Assembly: GCF_009914755.1 (NCBI RefSeq)
Contig: NC_060929.1
Reading direction: 5' to 3' (one strand)
Origin: the human T2T-CHM13v2.0 reference genome, Homo sapiens
DNA: 64,000 nt
The notes under the pieces were generated by a model. It was given only the letters and a program-made list of their open reading frames with translations, was not told the DNA's origin and made no database searches. The translations under genes were made by a program, and so were the position numbers. Below are positions 1 through 15,159 of this stretch, in pieces; the stretch's first letter is position 1, and the number at the start of each line of letters is the position of its first letter.

Positions 1-489
1 ACCACGCCCAGCCATATTCTATTCTTACAAGGACACTTCCTAGAAGTTGCAAGAAGCACCTTTGCTTTTATAGTGTTGGCTAAAACTTACACATAGATAT
101 CCTACTTTCAGGGAAGACTAGTAATGTGGTCTCTATTTTGGACATTAAGCACTAGTGAAATACAAGGGATTCTATTATGAAGAAAGCAGAGGAGTTTGGT
201 TAGAAGGGGACAACTTGCAGTCTCTACCATGAGGGTAAAACGGGCATCTAAGAGGTTTAAAGACAAGGCTTGTCACCCTGACCATGAAAACATTACTTTC
301 CTTTCTAACTGTTCATTGTTAGCTTCTCGTTTGAAAGCAGGCACCAAAGGGAATCACTCTACACTCACCTTGGTTTTTCTCTCAGTTTTAACTCGATTTT
401 GAAATCCTGACAGTAGGAACATCTTGGCAGAGCCTGAAAGTGTTCACTAGACTCTTGGAGGCAGCCTAGGTTCCCAGGAGAAGAGCACT

Positions 490-626
490 GCTTTCAAACT
501 CTAATGGAAAAATGCACTGTGAGGCAGGAGGTCTGGGCTAGGGCCTGAAATTCTACATTTCTAACAAGGTCCCTAGTGATGCAGTGCTGCACTGCACAGA
601 CCAGGTTTTCAGTGCAAAGATTTAGA
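490..626. mobile_element. MER5-like hAT-Charlie DNA transposon fossil
   Basis: Motif GGTCTGGGCTAGGGCCTGAAATTCTACATTTCTAACAAGGTCCCTAGTGATGC resembles the MER5A core. Similar pieces occur at ~1440-1650, ~15885-16057 and ~22320-22495. Confidence 0.55.
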
Positions 627-685
627 GAAAGTTCTCTATGGCTATCTGAGTCCCAGTTTGTAGCAGGATATTCAGGAAGGGATAG

Positions 686-1421
686 TGTAATTGCCCAATG
701 AGTTCTTCTTGCCTGCTGTACAGATAGAGCCTATTCACTGAGACAGTGCTATTGCAGTGGAGAAAGAGCTTAATAAATGCAGACCTAGCCAAACCAGAAG
801 GATGGGAGTCTATTACTCAGAACAGCTTCCCTAAAAGGTCAGAGGCTAGGGTTTTTCAAAGATAGTTTGGCAGGAAGAGGGAGAGGGAATGGAAAATGCT
901 GATTGGTTGGGGATGAAATCATAGAGGTGTGGAAAATGGTCCTCTTGCACTGAGTCAGCTTCTGGGTGGAGGCCTCAGGACCGGTTGAGTCATGAGTCAC
1001 CAGTCCAGGTAGAGTCAGCTGGTCACCAGAATGCAAAGGTCTGAAAAAAAAAATCAAAAGACCCATCTTAGGTAATACTCTAGTGATGTTATCTATAGGG
1101 GCAATTAGGGAAGTTACAAATATTGTGACTTCTTGCAATGGCTGGTTATTGTTTCACTATGCCCACTTTTAGCAGAGTTCAGGCCATCTTGTGGCCTTCC
1201 TTTAGTTTTACACAGGCAGTTTCTGTTCCCAAAAAGAAGGGGATAGTTTTGGGAACAGCTATTGTCATCCTTGCTTTAAGGTAAACCATAAACTAAGTTC
1301 CTTCCAAAGTTAGCTTGGCCTATGCGCAGGAATGAATAAGGACAGCCCAGAGATTAGAAGCAAGATGGAGTCAGCTATGTCAGATTTCTCTTACTATCAT
1401 AATTTTGCAAAGGTGGTTTCA
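686..1421 (-). mobile_element. Solo ERV1 LTR, LTR8 family
   Basis: TG...CA termini, ~735 bp. The minus strand begins TGAAACCACCTTTGCAAAATTATGA...GACTCCATCTTGCTTCTAA, the LTR8/8A/8B 5' signature. Confidence 0.8.
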
Positions 1422-1877
1422 GTGGGGGTGGTAGTGACCAGTATATCTGTCAGTGGTTTTCATATACTACTGCTCATAAGAATGCCCTTTTGGAGCTTGG
1501 TAAAATACAGACTTCTAGGATCCTGACAATCACTTTAAATGTAACAGGTATACAGTATACAGGTATACAGTAACAGATGTCTGATTTTTATAGCAGGCAC
1601 TCTGAGTAATTTCTGATAAAGGTGGTCAAGGAGCAGCATTTTGAGAAATATTGGTACCCTGTGCCTAGGCAGTCTGTGTGGGTGAGGGTCTCGACCTCTC
1701 AGATCGTAAATTTACAGAGATCCTGGTGTTCTGGGATATGTGAGTTTTAGATAGTCTGGTTTAATTAATTAAAGGAGACACATATTGCTAATCTTTGTGG
1801 CTCAGGAAAATTTTATCAAAGGTACATTTTCCTCCATTTTGGAGTTAAGGGTTTTGTTCTTGCAGGAAGTTTGAGGG

Positions 1878-2263
1878 TGTCTTAATCAGCTCAGCTGCCA
1901 TAACAAAAGGCCATGAATGCAGTGGCTTAGATAATAGACATGTATTTCTCACAGCTCTGAAGAGTGGAAATCTGAGATCAGGGTGCCAACATGGTTGGAT
2001 TTTGGCAAGGGCTCTCTTCCTGGCTTGCAGATAGCCTCCTTCTACAGCCACCTTCTTGCTGTGTTCCCACATGGCAGAGAGGGAGTGAGTTCCCATCTCT
2101 TTCTCTTCTTATAAGGACATTAATCCCATCATGAGAATTTAATCCTCATGATCTCATCTCAACCAAATGGCCTCCCAAAGGCTCCATGTGAAATACCATC
2201 ACACTAGGGGTTAGGGCTTCAACATATGACTTTTAGCGGAACCCAAACATTCAATCCATAACA
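1878..2263 (-). mobile_element. MaLR solo LTR (MLT1A/MLT1B-like)
   Basis: Reads TGTCTTAATCAGCTCAGCTGCCATAACAAA...ATTTCTCACAGCTCTG...CATTCAATCCATAACA on the + strand. Confidence 0.75.
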
Positions 2264-3284
2264 GGAGATTCTGCATCACTAAGAATGGTACTGGCTGATT
2301 AACAAGAGGTTTGGTGTGGATAGAGGTGGATGTGAGGGCAGGGGCAGGGGAGAATCAGGGAAGGGAAGAAGGAGAAGGGGCGAGGCAGAAGCTGATCTCT
2401 AGTGGGCATTGCTGCATGCAGTCATGGTGCTGGCCATTGTAGAGGTGTCACTTCATTTAACATGGTGGAGGTAGTGGGGGGTGTTTCATTTTACCTCAGA
2501 CATTTGTTTTAATATTCTGTTTGCACATATTAAATATTTAATCTACAAAAGGGTTGGAGGAAAGAAATGGCTTTTCTGATGACCGAGTACCAGGACTCCT
2601 TTTTGCCTCTTCATCTTCATACCATGTGCACTGCCTGAAAGGTGTTCTTCCTTCCCATCCTCCTGCCTCCTTCCCATTCCCAGCTCTGCATCTCCAGTTC
2701 GGTCTTTGAATCCTCTGTACTAATAAAGGCCTAGTTCAAGTGCTAGGTAGATTTCTCTGTCACCCTTTTCAGGAGTCCCAGATCGTAGCCCCTTGCATGG
2801 ATTCAATCCTTCATTCATGTGGATTAAGTTTCCCAAGTTTCTGCAATCAGCCTGGGGATTCAGGCCAAACCCCAAATACCAGTAATCCCAAACCAAGCAG
2901 TGACTGTGTTCTGAGATTGAAAAGCTGGTGGATGGTTCATTCTCGTTTGGTTGCTTCTCCAGTGCACTCAATAGCTTCAGGACCTGTTTTCCAGGAGATT
3001 ACCATTCCACCTCTGAGGAAAGAAAAATGTGATCGCCCTAGGGGTTCATTTCTTTTGATCTTTCAGTAACTTAGCAGTCAGCTGGCTCAGTGGGTCTGCA
3101 TTAGCTTGATTAAAGAACAGGTTGATTCCAGCCCTGGGCTCCAGAGGCTCCATTTCCAATAAGGACACTTCCTTGACAAGACAGCATCCAATATTATAGC
3201 TATAAAGATATTTCCTGTCCTTGTCCCCAAAAATGTTTGGAGCTTGATGCTGGTGAGCTCTGTTCTACCAGAACACCAATGTAT

Positions 3285-4124
<840 letters not shown>

Positions 4125-4188
4125 TGTATTGTATATATATTTAAAATTTCTACATGCTAATTGTTTTGGCATCTTAAAAAATGTTTCC

Positions 4189-4495
4189 AGCTGGGCACAG
4201 TGGCTTATGCCTATAATCCCAGCACTTTGGGAGGCCAAGGTGGGTGGATCATGAGGTCAGGTGTTCGAGACCAGCCTGGCCAACATGGTGAAACCCCATC
4301 TCTACTAAAAATCCAAAGATTAGACAGGAGTGGTGGCATGCACCTGTAATCTCAGTTACTCAGGAGATTGAGGCAGAAGAATTGCTTGAACCCAGGAGGC
4401 AGATGTTGCAGTGAGCCGAGATCACGCCACTGTGCTCTAACCTGGGCGACAGAGCAAGACTCCATCTTGAAAAACAAAAGACCAAAAAGACAAAA
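4189..4495 (+). mobile_element. Alu (S-type)
   Basis: Full dimer; TSD-like AAAAATGTTTCCA / AAACATGTTTCCA. Confidence 0.95.
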
Positions 4496-4514
4496 ACATG
4501 TTTCCATCTTAGGA

Positions 4515-4975
4515 TAGACTGCCCCTCCCATTGCTGGCCAATTCTGGGATACAGCAAAGGGCTCAACTGGGAGTGTGCCCTAGGTATCCCAACTGCCCAA
4601 TCCAGGGCCATATCTCCTCTATCTGGTCCATGCACCCCAGGAAGCAATATTCCTCTGCCTTAATCATCCCAGGGCCAGCTACCAGGCAACTAGGGACATG
4701 CTTATAGCTTACAGCTTGCTGAAATTATTCAAACTAGCCAATCCTAGTTTGTCTTTCCTATGGAAACTTCAATAAAGACTCTAGCATAAACCATTTACTT
4801 GCTTCTATCTTCTGCTTCCTGACCACCCAGGTGTCTTTCCTTGTGGCCCTGAGTGGCCTGCTGTAGCTCCTGTCTCTAAGACCTGTGAGTATAATGCACT
4901 TTGTTTTCCTGAGCCTCTCCTCTGTCTCCTCTTGTGGTGGGGACCTGGCTGAACATTTCATAAAAGAAGGCAAAA
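4515..4975 (+). mobile_element. Old ERVL-class LTR fragment (MER73/MER74-like, tentative)
   Basis: LTR-like layout with CCAAT motifs, AATAAA at ~4771 and CTGTGAGTATAATGCACTTTGTTTTCCTGAGCC. Confidence 0.45.
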
Positions 4976-5999
4976 CAGTTGACCATGGGCTTGGGACTTA
5001 CATACGCCTGGCCAAAGCTTTTGGGATGAGGGCTCAGGGAACTATGTGCCCTGTGCTACTTCTCTGCTTGTCATCTTCCCCCTCCCACAAAGCCTATTTT
5101 CTATCTGTATCATGAGGCATAAATGATGTGTGTCTATGACTCCTTTGTAAAACAGTTTCCAAGTTTTGCTTATTAACCACTCCTGCATTTGAGGATAAAG
5201 TGACGTCTGTGGTGACAGATCATGGGATTAATAACAAATGGTTGGACCACTGCTTTCTTCCCACTTAATAAATATTCCATGTGTAATTGAATCCTGTTGA
5301 ATTAGTTGGGCCACAAAGGCTTCTTCCTCCTTTGCTAGGAATGCAGCCAGAGTTGTGCTTTAAAAGACACGTGTGCATGTGCTTACACTGAACAAATTCC
5401 CTGGCAGAAAGAAAGTGGTGGAGGAGTTAGAAACGCAGAGAAAAGCAGAAGGCAGCACCAGAGGAAGGATGTACGTGAAAGCCTCAGTACATTATACAAA
5501 TGAAATGGTGATATATTCCCCAGGAGAAGGAGACAATGCTGTTTGGGGCTTCATACATCCTGTTTCTTCTTGTGATTAAACTGAAAAAAATTAATGATGT
5601 TGGGAAGGAGGGAAAGCTGAAGGAAGACCAGAGCCTGATACCTTGGGGTAATGATGCTGCCTCTGTCTGTGCCTTTTTAATGCTGACAGGAGCCACCCCT
5701 TCTGCCTAATGGAGAAACATAACCAGTTTCCATGCAGCTTAGAATAGCTGGGGTTGAAGAGAAGGTGCAGGGTTTTCCTTTTTTTGGCTCAGTGCCTTTT
5801 TAGTTAGTTCAACCAACTCGGCTGGGGGACACTGGAGATAGAAGTGTGACTGCTGTTCCTCATCCATAGGGGCAGGCCACATGGGCAGACTACCTGACAT
5901 TTGTATCCTGCTTCCCTGCAGGGTGAGGAAGTCTCATGAACATAGTCTCCTGAGCTGAAGCAGGGGGAGGGCTCTGGAGAAAGAGGACCTGGGTGCAGA

Positions 6000-6870
6000 T
6001 CCTGCTCATTCAGTGATCCCAAGACCTTGGGCATATTTCACTATCAACTTGCCAGGGAGAATTTCCAGTGCTGAGGATAGGGTGGTGAACAAAGGAACTT
6101 TGGTTCTTGCAGGGAAACAGTCTAAGAATAAGTAGCAAGAAAAGAAAAGAATGGCAAATTTTGATAAAGATTTCAAAGGACACTGAGGGGCTGAAAAAGT
6201 GATGCTGGGGTGAGCTGGGAAGAGGACCAAGTCAGATATACTTCCTACATTCAGGGGACTCATGTCCTAGTGGGAGTGAGACATACATATACACCTGCAC
6301 ACATGGTGGAATGCTGCAAAGAAAACAAACAAGGGCCTAAGAGAGGAAAAAGGCAGGGGATGCAGGTGGACCCACGTTGGTCAGGGGAGGCCTCTAGGAG
6401 GTGACCATCGAGCTGATAGAAGATGAGAAGGCTGGCCTTCAGCAACAGGAGCAGAGCATTCAATATGAGAACCAAGAACAGCCTATGCAAAGGGACTGAG
6501 GAGGGAATGAACTGGGAGCACCCAAGGAAGTGAAGGAGGCTCAGTGCAGCTGGAGCCTGTGAAACAGGATGTCTGGGGAGGAGCTGAAGCCAGGAGCCAG
6601 GTCGGAGTCCTATAACATGAAGTTGTGTGGGCTCTGATGGGGACTTTAGAGTCTCTTCTAAGTGCAGAAGGCACTTTCGGCAGGAAAGTGATATAATCCA
6701 GTTTATTTTAAAAGACATTTGTGCTTGCTGTTATTCTTAAACCTCTGTATAGTGGGAATAGTCCATAGTACCTACTTCAGAGGGTTGTGTGAGGGTTAAT
6801 TGCGGTCTGAATATAATGCACTTGGCCCAGTGTCTAGCGCACAGCAAGTTCAGGGCACATTGTTATTCAT
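6000..6870. mobile_element. L2 fragment followed by MIR
   Basis: L2-type text GGAGGCTCAGTGCAGCTGGAGC...GGACTTTAGAGTCTCTTCTAAGTGCAG, then MIR core ATAGTACCTACTTCAGAGGGTTGTGTGAGGGTTAA. Confidence 0.6.
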
Positions 6871-7259
6871 CTACGTGCAAAGCTGGCTTCAAGGCCATTG
6901 AGCCCACCTTATTCTAACTTTGGCAGTTCTTCCCATAGCCACTTGGAGCTGCCTTACAAGGTGAGGTCAGATTGTATTTGTGTGTCTATGTCTCTCTACC
7001 TACCTGCCTGCCTGCCTACCTCTATCTCAGTCATCTTTATATATTACTGGAGTAGCCAGAGGTAGGGTTAAGATTTTTCTCAGAACACAAATTTGGATCT
7101 AATCCAACAGTCAGACAAATGGGCAGTCAAGTTCCAAGTTCCCAGGTCCTTGCTATTGTTATCATTTTCATCCAGGGGCTATGAAATATCTACTTTGGTC
7201 ATAAAATTCATGCAAGGCCACCATAGAATACTAAACTTTAAGCTAAAACTATCAATGTT

Positions 7260-7695
7260 GGACATTGTCTTCCACCTCCTTTTTGTTCTCTACCCTGCTG
7301 TCTGTGCTGGGGGCTGACCTCCACGGACCACATCCCTTCTGACTGCTGGATGATGTGGCCAAACACAGGAGACTGGAGGACAGACAGAGTGAGAGGTCAG
7401 GATATGTATTCCTTCTGCTTCCTCCCTATCCAGCCACCTTCCTCTACCAAAGGCCACAGCTCCTGTTGTGGTGGCCTCCTCTACATTGCTGGTTTCTCTG
7501 GGTTCAGGTGACCTCTCTTTCCTCTTACATCTTTAGGTCAGGGATTGTAGCAATTTTCTGCTATTTCTAGCCCAGAGGTGCTTGTTGGTTTCCCTTGATC
7601 CTGCCCACACTTTGATAAATAGTCTCTTCATCGAAATTATTTTAAATCACCCCTTTTTGTGTCTGCCATCTATTTCCTACTGGGACCCTACCCAC
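7260..7695 (+). mobile_element. LTR33-like ERVL LTR
   Basis: Motifs TCCACCTCCTTTTGTTCTCTACCCTGCTGTCTGTG, AAAGGCCACAGCTCCTG and GCCATCTATTTCCTACTGGGACCCT. Confidence 0.6.
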
Positions 7696-7784
7696 CCACA
7701 TACTCTCTAAGCTCAAATGTTTTAAAAATGTACCCTGGTTATTAGGGCACTAACCAGCTAGATGCAGGTATATTTTAATATTCA

Positions 7785-8439
7785 TCATATTTTAATATTT
7801 CTAAGATGTACCCCCCACACACATATTTTAGCACCTCTGAAATCAGGATGAGATTTGCAAATGGTGATGTTTTACTCTTGCTACTGGCTTGGCATCTGTG
7901 GGTGTTTTCTTGTGCATGTGTGAACTTGGTCATTCATTGCTGGTCATGGAGTCCTCATTTTAATGGAGTTATGTTTGTTGTTGGTACTATTCAATGGTGT
8001 TTAAAGTATTTCGGTAGGTTTACATTATGATTCAGCTCTGGAATGAAGTCATTATTTACACAGAGGCATGGAACAGAGCAGCAAAGCATAATTTTGATGT
8101 CAGTGAAGCAAATATCCATCTTGGCAGAATGGAGGAAATTCCATATTTTTTAAAGGGCTTTATGGGACTTAAAAAAGGAAGATACTCATAAGTAGTTGGA
8201 ACTGTGTTATATGTGTTACTGAGATATGTGCAAAAGGATTGCCTATAATAGGATGAGCAATGTGACTAAAGGAAGTAGGAATTCCCAAATCCTTTGGAAT
8301 AAATCAAAGAAATTTCAAAGAAACAAGGAGTTGGTGTCATTGATTGGCAGTGTTTTTTATTTTTTTCTTTCTTAGTGGCACATACAATACTGGTGTGCTT
8401 TACAAATTGTTGACTCCTTAGATTTGATGATCTATGGTA
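7785..8439. mobile_element. Tigger13a-like TcMar DNA transposon fossil
   Basis: Degenerate TIRs: TTTCTAAGATGTACC...ACCTCTGAAATCAGGATG on the left and CTTAGATTTGATGATCTATGGTA on the right. Confidence 0.55.
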
Positions 8440-9314
8440 TTTTTTAGAATGCTATTTTCTGGACTCTAGCCCATTTATTGACTCCAGTCTTACCTCTCTG
8501 GTGAATTTACAGAGAAACAAAGGCATAGCATTCATCTCCAGGCTGGTGGAGGATGTGCTTCTTAAGTCTCCTTCTTCCAGCCCCAGATCCCACATACTCT
8601 AAGGGTTTGAAATTTGAAAGTTGATGAGTTACTGAACCTCCAGGGGAGTCTAGGACCTCTCAGAGGCCAAAGGCTTGCTGAATGTGCTGGTGTAGAGAGA
8701 AGACTGCTGCCCCAGGAATGTTCTCCTTAGCTGGGGTGATTGAACATTTTATCTCATGGTCCTGATGGAATAAAAGAATAGGCCTTAAAATATAATTCTA
8801 GAAAGAAATTAGGGGGAAATCAAGTAACAATTCAGTGGAGTAGGAACATTCAACCCAGGGCATCACTGCTGTTTTCTTCCAAGCTTCCGATGCAAGACCA
8901 CTTGTGGCCCTGCTGGGTAAGCTGGGGAGGGAATTACCAACAAGACTGCCCCTCAGACCCAGGCTGCAGATTCAAAGCACTTTATTTAGGAAGAGTTGAA
9001 GGTACTTACACACACCTATTTCCCCAAATGGCAAGAAATATGATCTTTTTTGAGTATGCATTTTGAAAGTATTTGAAATACCCTTTTTGAAAATATCCCT
9101 TTTCAAATATGATCTTCCCAAGGGCCATATGCTGATGGAAAAATGACTTGAGCGTGGAGTGAATTTGTGAGATGCCTTTGGAACTCTGTCCCCAAAATTG
9201 AAAAAATAAAAAAAGCAGAATAAACTTAGTACTTAACTCTAAAGGTCTGCTAACAGGTCATGTACATAAAGGTAGAAAAGAGATTCAGAGACAGATGAAG
9301 AAATTCAAGAGGGA

Positions 9315-9815
9315 CAAATTCTGTTCTAAAGATAGTTCAACTGCTGTGCCAGCCTCCTTTTGTCCCTGGTCCCTCCATCTCCCCTCCCCATTCTCCACCT
9401 TTTTGCATCTGTCTTTCTGCTCAGAAAAACTGGCCTGTATGGACCCACAAAGTGTTTCCATGTCTTCATCCTCTGGGTTTGTCCAGTGAAGAAGGAATCC
9501 CAGGAGGAGATGAGAAGGAAGGGATGAATGAGGTCAAATATTGATTCCCCTGGCTCCCTGCCAGATAGGTTGCCTGGAACCTCTGTGTGCATCTACGGAA
9601 GGTCACAGGTCTTCTCAAGGTGTGGTGTCTGCATAGTCTCTTCTTTGGTAACTTCCCCTCTCTTTTTAGGCCTAGTCAGTCACAGTTCTACTAACTATTA
9701 AACTGCAGGTTACAGCACTATCTCTGTGGCTCCTCTACGCCTACAGCTTTGCAAGTATATCCTCCTGAGAGTATGCTATTTCAAGTGTGCCATCTGCTTC
9801 TCAGTGGAACCCTGA
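9315..9815 (+). mobile_element. LTR33-like ERVL LTR
   Basis: Same motif series as 7260-7695 (TTCTCCACCTTTTTGCATCTG, AAGGTCACAGG, GTGTGCCATCTGCTTCTCAGTGGAACCCTGA). Confidence 0.55.
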
Positions 9816-9953
9816 TGTCTGGGTACCAGATACTCCCGTTTTCATGGAAGATGTTAGCTGCTGTAGGGTTTGAGAGATTGGAATTACCCTGGTTCAGTTC
9901 CTTTAGCCCTGAATTTCGGGAGGTAAATGCAAAGCCCTGACAATGATGACCTA

Positions 9954-10326
<373 letters not shown>

Positions 10327-10541
10327 ACACTTATTTGATTTTTGGGAATTTGGAGCGCTAGGTCTGGGACAAGGAGTGTGATTTGTTTGTAAAGCGATGT
10401 GTTGGGCTTCAGTGTTCATTTGAATACGTCATTTAGTGATGGTTGTTTCTATATCTCTTATTAGTTAGCCTCTCCAACTTACCTAAAATAACAAAATCAC
10501 AGATAATTTGTAGGCTAAAATTAGTCTTAAAAATTATTTTT

Positions 10542-10952
<411 letters not shown>

Positions 10953-11319
10953 CTAAAGGGAAGTTGGACTGCTGCAGACAGTTGTTGAGGATGTGCACTG
11001 GTACCTGTAGGGGGCACCATTCATATATACTGTGAATTGGCATGCAACCTGCACAACCGTGTGCAGTGACCCTAGGAGGGGCCATAATCACCTCCAGCAC
11101 TGATGGGCAGAACAGGGTGGAGTTTAACTGTTGCCCACACTGCCTCTGGTTATCTGCATTTTAAGCTTATGCCTTAACCTCAAGTATCTGATTCACGGTG
11201 TGAATTTTGCTTTTACTGTGGCTCTTTGTATATTGCAGCTAAATATTTCACATATGATGTCTCAATGTTTGAGGATATTCCATGGCAAATTTAATTTCTG
11301 GAGTACCAAGATGAAGAGA

Positions 11320-11525
11320 AGAAGCACTGGATCTAGTGCTGGATACCTGGATTCAAACCTTGGCAGAACAATGATGAAGCATTTCCGGCAGGACTCTCAG
11401 AATCTCAGGCTTCTTAACTGTAAACCAGGGTGAATAGTAGCTTTCTTATAGGTTTTGATGAATAAACAAGATTACATATTTCAAAGAACCTTACACACAA
11501 TAAATGCTGAGTAAATATTGATTTA
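11320..11525 (+). mobile_element. MIR
   Basis: Reads CCTGGATTCAAACCTTGGC...CTCAGGCTTCTTAACTGTAAA...ATAAATGCTGAGTAAATATT. Other MIRs lie at ~12350-12580, ~13370-13630, ~16355-16570, ~21660-21800, ~37980-38150, ~48120-48290 and ~55440-55620. Confidence 0.6.
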
Positions 11526-11967
11526 TTCTTACAAAGCAAAACCTGTAAAAGTGACATTTTCAGAAAAGATTAATAGGTGAGCCTCTCAAGCACCAGTTTA
11601 CAACAGATTTTTTTAATGCAACAGAAACTGTTTGGGAGGCTGGAGAGAGCTGGTTAGCTGGGCTTGAGGCTAACTGCACATGACATTCAGCTCCAGGGGC
11701 AGAGGCCTGATCCCCAGAGGGTTCAAAACCATTCTTGGCTTTTGCCCTTTTCTCTGACATCTTGAGTTTTCCTATTTATCGACAGGGCCAAGTGGCAAAG
11801 AGGTATTCTTCTTTGCCTTTGAATGTTTGCACAGCTTCCTCTTCTGATTAGAGAAATCAGATAGAGCTGGGATCTTTCACCTCTATCCTAATTGGTACAT
11901 AGCACATTGTGACATCGCATCTATTGGTGTTGAACATGTAGGGGGAGGATTAGGATTTAGACCAAAG

Positions 11968-12163
11968 TTTTTTTTTTTTTTTTTTCAGAGTCGTACTTTG
12001 TCTGGGACTGCAAGTGCATACCAACATGGCCAGCTAATTTTTAAAATTTTTTGTAGAGATGAGGTCTCATCAGGTTGCTCGGGCAGCTTCTGGGCTCAAG
12101 CAAGCCTCCTACCTTGGCCTCCCAAAGAGCTGGGATTCCAGGTTTGAGCCACCACACCCAGCC
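11968..12163 (-). mobile_element. AluJ-like with large internal deletion
   Basis: Poly-T, short right-arm remnant, then left arm ending GAGCCACCACACCCAGCC. Confidence 0.8.
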
Positions 12164-12973
12164 TAGACTTTATTTTCTATGGTGATGGAATTAGGGAGTG
12201 GAAGTGAAGGATGTTATAATGTGGGCTTTAACTTGAAAAGGGATATAATCTACTCCCTCTATTAGGCGACTCCTGATTCTTGAAGCCAAATTTTTCAGTC
12301 TTCTTTTGTGATTCCAGGAGCCAAAACAACCAAGGAAGACCTGGTTCCAGTAATAATAATGATATCTTATATTTGTATAATGCTTTGTACTTTGGAAAGC
12401 AGCTCTATAATCTCATTTGACCCTCACATAAACCCAGTGAGGTGGCTTGGGAGGCATTCATTCCTTTATTTTACAGCTACAAAATCCCAGAAGATAATAA
12501 GTGTCTCGCCATGATCTCATAACATGTAAGTGATAGAGTCCAGGTCTCCTGGGTACTAGTCTAGCATTTTTTACTTTACACTGTATCATCTTGAGCATTC
12601 ACATTCTTTGAAAAAATTTTTATTAATGAATTTATAATGTGTGTTCATGGTTTCAAATTTAAAAAGGTACGAAAGGATATATAGTCAAAATTAAGCCCTC
12701 TTCCTTCTTTCCTACTCTCTTAATGTATTGCCCTTTCTGGATATGACCACCATTCCCTATTTCTCATGTCTTCTTTGGTGATATTCTGGGCATTTTAAAG
12801 CATAAATGTATATTTTCCCCTTCCCTGATGGACTTAAAAAAATATAAGACAGTGGAAATACCCTAGAGAAGTGGGCTTGGAGAAGTTGGTAAGTAATCCC
12901 ACTTGGGGTTTTGTGAGAAATATACCTAATCTTTGTGGCTTTGCTTTTGGGAATCTAAATGGTATATTTTAGC

Positions 12974-13285
<312 letters not shown>

Positions 13286-13802
13286 TAAATATAAAAGACA
13301 ATCTCTTTGCACTTTAGATCTTAAAAGTAATGCAGGTGTTTTAAAAAAGTTCTTACTGTGGGATTTTTTTCTAATAGTAATAGATAATAGTTATTAAGTG
13401 ATTTACTAAATGCCAGTTACCATTCTAAGTACCTTTTGTGTAATGTTTCATTAATTCTCACAATAAAGCTATGATAGAGGTATTATTATTATCCATTTTT
13501 TATAGCTGAGCAAACTAAGTCTCAGAAGGGTTAAGTAATTTACCCACAAGCACACATAGAGTACATGTCCAAGCTGGGATTTGAAGCAAGGCAGCTAAGC
13601 TTACCCCAAGAGCCACATTCTTAACCTTTGTATCAATGTGACAAAAATAATTCATGCAGGTTAAATTACTCCTGAGAATGACTTCAGTAAGGAAGCAGGG
13701 ATTTTGGATAGCTCGCCCTTTCATTTCTGGTTTACTTCTGGTGTTAAAGTTATCACTTAATCTTGATCTGCTTTTGCTTTCTATCTATGGTCTTTCTCTT
13801 CC

Positions 13803-14097
13803 TTTTTTTTTGAGACAGAGTCTTGCTCTGTCACTCAGGCTGGAGTGCAGTGGAGCTATCTCGGCTCACTGCAACCTCTGCCTCCCAGGCTCAAGCAATT
13901 TTAATGTCTCAGCCTCCCAAGCAGTAGCTTGGATTATAGATGTGCACAACCATGCCCAGATAATTTTTATATTTTTAGTAGAGATGGAATTTTGCCTTGT
14001 TGGTCAGGCTGGTCTCGAACTCCTGGCCTCAAGTGATCTGCCTGCCTTGGCCTCCCAAAATTGCTGGGATTATAGGCATGAGCCACCATGCCTGGCC
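13803..14097 (-). mobile_element. Alu (Sz/Jb-like)
   Basis: Full dimer; GTCTTTCTCTTC on both flanks. Confidence 0.95.
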
Positions 14098-14825
14098 CCT
14101 AAGTCTTTCTCTTCTTCTGCCTAACATTATGCTTGAGGATCAGGAATTTGTTTTCTGGATCATAAGGTTATTTCCCATCTTCCTCCATAATTCCTAAACC
14201 AGGGCCATAAGAGCTTTCTCTCTTGTAAGTATTGGATGTTGTTTTCTGGAACATGAAATCATCAAGATAATACTTGAGAATTGGAAGTTGGAGAAAACCA
14301 CCAAGTATAATAGAAATGTGAGTCCCTACATTCCTAGTCTTTAGCTCCTCTGATAGTGCCTCACTATTTCACAACATCACAACGCCTCAGCTCTTCTGAT
14401 ATGGTGTGTTATATATGGCTCTGCTATAGGACCAGGTTGGTTTTTTCCAATCTGTCACACACCAATGCTAATACCCAGTTCACCCTACCTGAAACTCACC
14501 AAGAAAGCTCCACACCTGAACTGGCCTACACCTTTTTCAACAAGTTGAACTTGCTGGAGCTTGTACTTGGGTATCGTGTCACGGTCTAGTTGCTGTAGAC
14601 ATTTCTAAGCACTGGCATTTTGCAAATCAATAGTGGGGACTGGCAGTGGTGTGAGAACAACACTTTAGGTGGCCCCGGGTACAAAATGCTGTGAATTGTT
14701 TAGCCAAGTAAATGAATGCTGGCACTGGCTGCTTAATTAGGACAATAAAGCTAGTGCTTTCATCTTATTTCTTCATAGCCTTTGATGAGGTGTTGCTCTC
14801 CTATTTATTATCCCTCTTTTTACTG

Positions 14826-15159
14826 TTTTTTCTTTTTCTTTTCTTTTTTCTTTCTTTCTTTTTTTTTTAAGACAAGGTCTTGCTCTGTTGCCTAGGCTGC
14901 AGTGTGACGGTGTGAATACAGCTCACTCCTGCAGCCTAAACTCCTGGGCTCAACTAATCCCCTCACATCAGCTTCTCAATTAGCTGGGACTGCAGGTGAG
15001 CACCACCATGCCTGACTAATTTTTTTTTTATTTTTTGTTTTGTAGAGACAGGGTCTCACTATGTTGCCCAGGCTGGTCTTGAACTCCTGGGCTCAAGTGA
15101 TCCCCCTGCCTAGGCCTCCCAAAGCACTGGGATTACAGTTGTGAGTCACTGTGCCTGAC
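14826..15159 (-). mobile_element. AluJ
   Basis: CTCCTGGGCTCAA and CAGGGTCTCACTATGTTGCCCAGG J-type diagnostics. Confidence 0.9.

Noticed and set aside
1544-1572. Small tandem duplications (ACAGGTATACAGTA x2; also GGTATTTGAA x2 at ~21537, GGGCATTA x2 at ~34944, AT-rich quasi-palindrome ~17780-17823)
   Set aside because: Ordinary slippage-scale events with no further structure.
6260-6718. 152-aa minus-strand ORF
   Set aside because: Lies within a degraded L2, has no recognisable domain, and is Leu-rich as expected for pyrimidine-rich repeat DNA.
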